Of a stretch of 54,157 bases of DNA, positions 51,653-54,157 are shown in pieces; within the stretch, counting starts at the first letter, position 1; each line of letters begins with the position of its first letter. This stretch comes from Candidatus Adlerbacteria bacterium (lineage in GTDB: Bacteria > Patescibacteriota > Minisyncoccia > Phycocordibacterales > SBAW01). The translations under genes were made by a program, and so were the position numbers. Under the pieces are notes generated by a model. That model saw nothing but the letters and a program-made list of their open reading frames with translations, ran no database searches and had not been told where the DNA came from. Location: contig CAINNF010000020.1 of assembly GCA_903851045.1 (NCBI GenBank), positions 1 to 54,157 of the forward strand. Reading direction: 5' to 3'.

Positions 51653-51658
51653 ATTGTA
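51653..51658 (-). promoter_or_regulatory. -10 box TACAAT (minus strand), 8 nt before the ATG at 51644 (leaderless)
   Basis: Plus-strand attgta 51653-51658 reads TACAAT on the minus strand. The start codon occupies 51642-51644. Confidence 0.45.
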
Positions 51659-51660
51659 CC

Positions 51661-52458
51661 TCAGGAAGAGAGCGGTAGGGGAGCGTCGATCGGCAAGGGG
51701 GTATTTATATGCGATATGGTCGTTGTTGAGAAGTATGGGTCGCTGGTAAAGAGTAAGTACCGCACATCGAAACTGTGTGGGTCAATCCACACATCGACGG
51801 TGCCGTTCTTCCCGATACGACCGACAAGCGCATTGAGCGGGCCATCACTGATCCCGAACGCACTTTTTGAAAGCGTGAAGGTGTACCGTAGAAGCGGTTC
51901 GTTACCCCAGCGTTCGAGACCATGGTTTTTGAGCAGGGAAAGATAGGCGCCGTTTTGAGCAAGCAACGTCAGATTATCTTGGATAGGTCCTGCGATAGCG
52001 ATGCTCGTGTAGTTACCCGGTATGGTGGTGTCGGTAAAGTGTTTCCATTGCGGAGTTCGTTGTATGGATGCCTGCAAAACTGGGTCACGAGAGTCTACCT
52101 TTATATAGACGTCGTTTCCTATAGAGACATCCCAGTGAGTGAACGAGTGTCCGATCGTGTCTGCTCCTATAAAGAGGGTTGTGGTCGAGTATGACCCGAA
52201 ACGTTGCTGCGCATGGTCCACGTCGTAGGTGCCAACTATCTGGAGCGTTCGATCGCCGATCTTGGTCCGTGTCTCGACATACTGAGTGTACGAAGTGACG
52301 GAGGGTACCTTAGCGAACGCGTGTCGGATGGGTGCATCGAGTCCCGATTGAGAGGTGTGAGTCAGTTGGAACACGCACCATGCGCCCACGCTGACAGCGA
52401 CGAGGGCAAGGGCCGCGACGACAGAGATCTTCTTCCTTTTGGAGGTGTTTTTAAGCAC
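51661..52458 (-). CDS. Membrane-anchored hypothetical protein (extracytoplasmic beta-rich domain)
   Basis: The ORF is open to 52617, but that stretch overlaps the divergent gene and has no in-frame ATG. A GTG at 52458 gives (M)LKNTSKRKKISVVAALALVAVSVGAWCVF, a basic + TM N-terminus. No motif recognised. Confidence 0.55.
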   Translation of the reverse strand: MLKNTSKRKKISVVAALALVAVSVGAWCVFQLTHTSQSGLDAPIRHAFAKVPSVTSYTQYVETRTKIGDRTLQIVGTYDVDHAQQRFGSYSTTTLFIGADTIGHSFTHWDVSIGNDVYIKVDSRDPVLQASIQRTPQWKHFTDTTIPGNYTSIAIAGPIQDNLTLLAQNGAYLSLLKNHGLERWGNEPLLRYTFTLSKSAFGISDGPLNALVGRIGKNGTVDVWIDPHSFDVRYLLFTSDPYFSTTTISHINTPLPIDAPLPLSS

Positions 52459-52529
52459 CTCTTCATCATACGCTACTTGTCCACAGGTTATATATAAGTT
52501 GTCAACACGTAGGATACAATAAATCAAGG

Positions 52530-52569
52530 AATCTCGGCACTCGAGATTCGCATCTCGGCACCCGAGATT
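52530..52569 (+). promoter_or_regulatory. Two tandem near-identical palindromes (operator-like, or 5'-UTR hairpins) immediately upstream of the HTH gene
   Basis: aatctcg-gcact-cgagatt (52530-52548) and atctcgg-cac-ccgagat(t) (52552-52569). The ATG at 52575 lies 5 nt downstream. Confidence 0.5.
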
Positions 52570-52574
52570 GTTGT

Positions 52575-52949
52575 ATGGCAAAGGAAAAATACATTTCTCT
52601 GAAAGAAGCGGCCGCACAGTCTGGATATACTGCAGATTATGTGGGCCAACTCATACGTCGCGGTAAGCTCCCTGGTAAACAGGTTTTTTCGCATGTCGCG
52701 TGGATGACGACCGAAGAGGCGTTGCAAGAATATATAAAGAAGAATAAGAAAGATGTCGCACAACCTAATCCTGTAAGTTGGAAAGAGAAGCTCATCGATT
52801 CGTTCGACTTTTCGCTGATATCGAAGGTTATCTTAGGAGCGACAATCGCATTCGTTGCGATATTCATCCTCTTCCTTATATATATCTTCTCGGTCAGCAT
52901 TGATAGGAATATAAACAATACCTATCAGCAGAAACTCGAACGCGTATGA
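52575..52949 (+). CDS. Membrane-anchored helix-turn-helix protein (excisionase/MerR-type HTH + one TM helix)
   Basis: ISLKEAAAQSGYTADYVGQLIRRGKLPGKQV is an HTH. TM helix VILGATIAFVAIFILFLIYIF. Its stop overlaps the next ATG (ATGA at 52946-52949). Confidence 0.7.
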   Translation: MAKEKYISLKEAAAQSGYTADYVGQLIRRGKLPGKQVFSHVAWMTTEEALQEYIKKNKKDVAQPNPVSWKEKLIDSFDFSLISKVILGATIAFVAIFILFLIYIFSVSIDRNINNTYQQKLERV

Positions 52950-54157
52950 GAGTGACACAGAACACTCTTGTTGTGCTCCTTGTGTTGCTTGTGATCTGCC
53001 AAGGCCTGGAGGTGCCGACCGCCTTTGCCGCGACAGGAGCACCGAGGATTTTGAACTACCAGGGACGACTCATGGATGCGACCGGCAACCTCCTCGGTGG
53101 CTCGGGCACCAATTATTGTTTTCGCTTCTCGCTCTATGACAGTCCGATCGCGGGTACCGGCACGAAGGTGTGGCCAGCCGCCGCACCTTCGACCATGACC
53201 ATCCCGGTCAAGAACGGCGTGTTCAACGCGGGTATCGGGGACACGGGCGCCGGTGGCGATACGCTTGACTACAATTTTCAAGACAGTGACACGGTGTATC
53301 TGAACGTGGATGTCGCCACAATGGTCGGACCTACGTGTGCGCCGGGAGATGGGGCTGAGGTGTACGAGACGCTCTCTCCAAGACAACGACTCATGTCGTC
53401 CGCGTATGCTTTGAACTCGAACACGGTCGGGGGTTTTTCTCCCGCACAGAATGCGAGCGGCAGTCAGATACCCGTGCTCACGTCAGGCAATCTTATCCTT
53501 GGTGGCACGAATCCGATATTGAGCGCGACCACCACCAATGTGCTGACCATCCAAGGTAGCGGTACGGGCGACGTCCGTTTTTTTAATTCGAGCAATAAGA
53601 TCGACTCTCTCGGCAACATCACGCTCGCAGGTTCCCTGTTCATGGGTAATGGACTTGCGACCACGACACTCCAAAGCGGTCTGACCGGCACATCGACAAT
53701 CCAAGGATTTTTGAACGTGCTCGGTACTCATTCGACCTCGACCTTTTCAGGCGGGCTATCGGTACAAAGTCTCGCGGTCACTGGTGTAGCCACGTCGACG
53801 TTCGCCAACGGTATTAATCTTTCGGGGGGATGCTTCGCGGTCAACGGCGTGTGTATCGATTCGAACGATAGTTTTGCCACCACCTCCGCCGACTACTATG
53901 TCAACGCATCTTCTACGATCCCAAAGACATACACATCGAACTCGTTCACGGCTACGCAAACATTCGTGAACGCCTCCACCACCAACCTCTCGGCATCGTA
54001 CGCATCCTCAACGCAAGCGAACTTCGGCTCGGTCATCATCGGTGCGCTCGGCGGCATCGTGCACGCCACCGCCGGTGTCATCTCCGCCTCCGCGCTCAAT
54101 CTCGCCACCGAGGTCACGGGCTTCCTCGGTGTCACCAATGGCGGCACGGGTACGTCG
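52946..54157 (+). CDS. Tail-fibre-like secreted protein, N-terminal part (3' end cut by the window edge)
   Basis: Not in the ORF track because no stop is reached. Hand translation is open for 404 codons: MRVTQNTLVVLLVLLVICQGLEVPTAFA (signal peptide), then ILNYQGRLMDATGNLLGGSGTNYCFRFSLYD... and Gly/Thr/Ser-rich beta-fibre-like sequence up to ...LGVTNGGTGTS. Confidence 0.75.
   Translation, partial: MRVTQNTLVVLLVLLVICQGLEVPTAFAATGAPRILNYQGRLMDATGNLLGGSGTNYCFRFSLYDSPIAGTGTKVWPAAAPSTMTIPVKNGVFNAGIGDTGAGGDTLDYNFQDSDTVYLNVDVATMVGPTCAPGDGAEVYETLSPRQRLMSSAYALNSNTVGGFSPAQNASGSQIPVLTSGNLILGGTNPILSATTTNVLTIQGSGTGDVRFFNSSNKIDSLGNITLAGSLFMGNGLATTTLQSGLTGTSTIQGFLNVLGTHSTSTFSGGLSVQSLAVTGVATSTFANGINLSGGCFAVNGVCIDSNDSFATTSADYYVNASSTIPKTYTSNSFTATQTFVNASTTNLSASYASSTQANFGSVIIGALGGIVHATAGVISASALNLATEVTGFLGVTNGGTGTS

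Noticed and set aside
1-54157. Alternative genetic code (UGA as sense, as in some CPR lineages)
   Set aside because: Long motif-bearing ORFs close at TGA, TAA and TAG under the standard code. For example, the HTH gene ends at TGA 52947-52949 and the first HAD gene at TGA 14021-14023. No conserved domain is interrupted by in-frame TGA.

Overview
Bacterial window read with the standard code. Hand counts give 36/60 G+C at 3001-3060 and 29/60 at 13601-13660. Gene content and RNA features suggest a Patescibacteria/CPR-type organism (inference).

Left third (1-20.3 kb), in order:
- the 3' end of an S74 tail-fibre-like gene
- secD-secF, a prephenate-dehydrogenase-family gene and a P-loop kinase
- a divergent ~1.46-kb 16S rRNA with no 23S after it
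- an antisense AdoMet-decarboxylase-like gene and tRNA-Ile(GAU)
- a ~3-kb low-GC islet of toxin-antitoxin/Abi-like genes and gene remnants
- a Nudix gene
- a HAD / ATP-grasp / HAD cluster preceded by a candidate leader-peptide attenuator
- msrB carrying an in-frame 30-nt repeat insertion
- a triple-YbjQ protein, an S53 peptidase, lepB and hsp20

Right two thirds (20.4-52.5 kb) form a cell-surface locus around one 17.7-kb ORF (5,908 codons). It is flanked by four cohesin-like proteins and two dockerin-bearing proteins (one protein carries both modules). The locus also holds an Fn3 protein, a MacB/FtsX-type ABC transporter and two further surface proteins. A membrane-anchored HTH protein then overlaps the start of a second tail-fibre-like gene that runs off the window.

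Many promoters are TAYAMT-type -10 boxes, often with an upstream TGn, placed 6-8 nt from the ATG (leaderless). Shine-Dalgarno motifs are essentially absent. I saw no CRISPR array, transposase, integrase, reverse transcriptase or 23S/5S gene. The cohesin-dockerin locus around the giant gene is my best candidate for an undescribed system.
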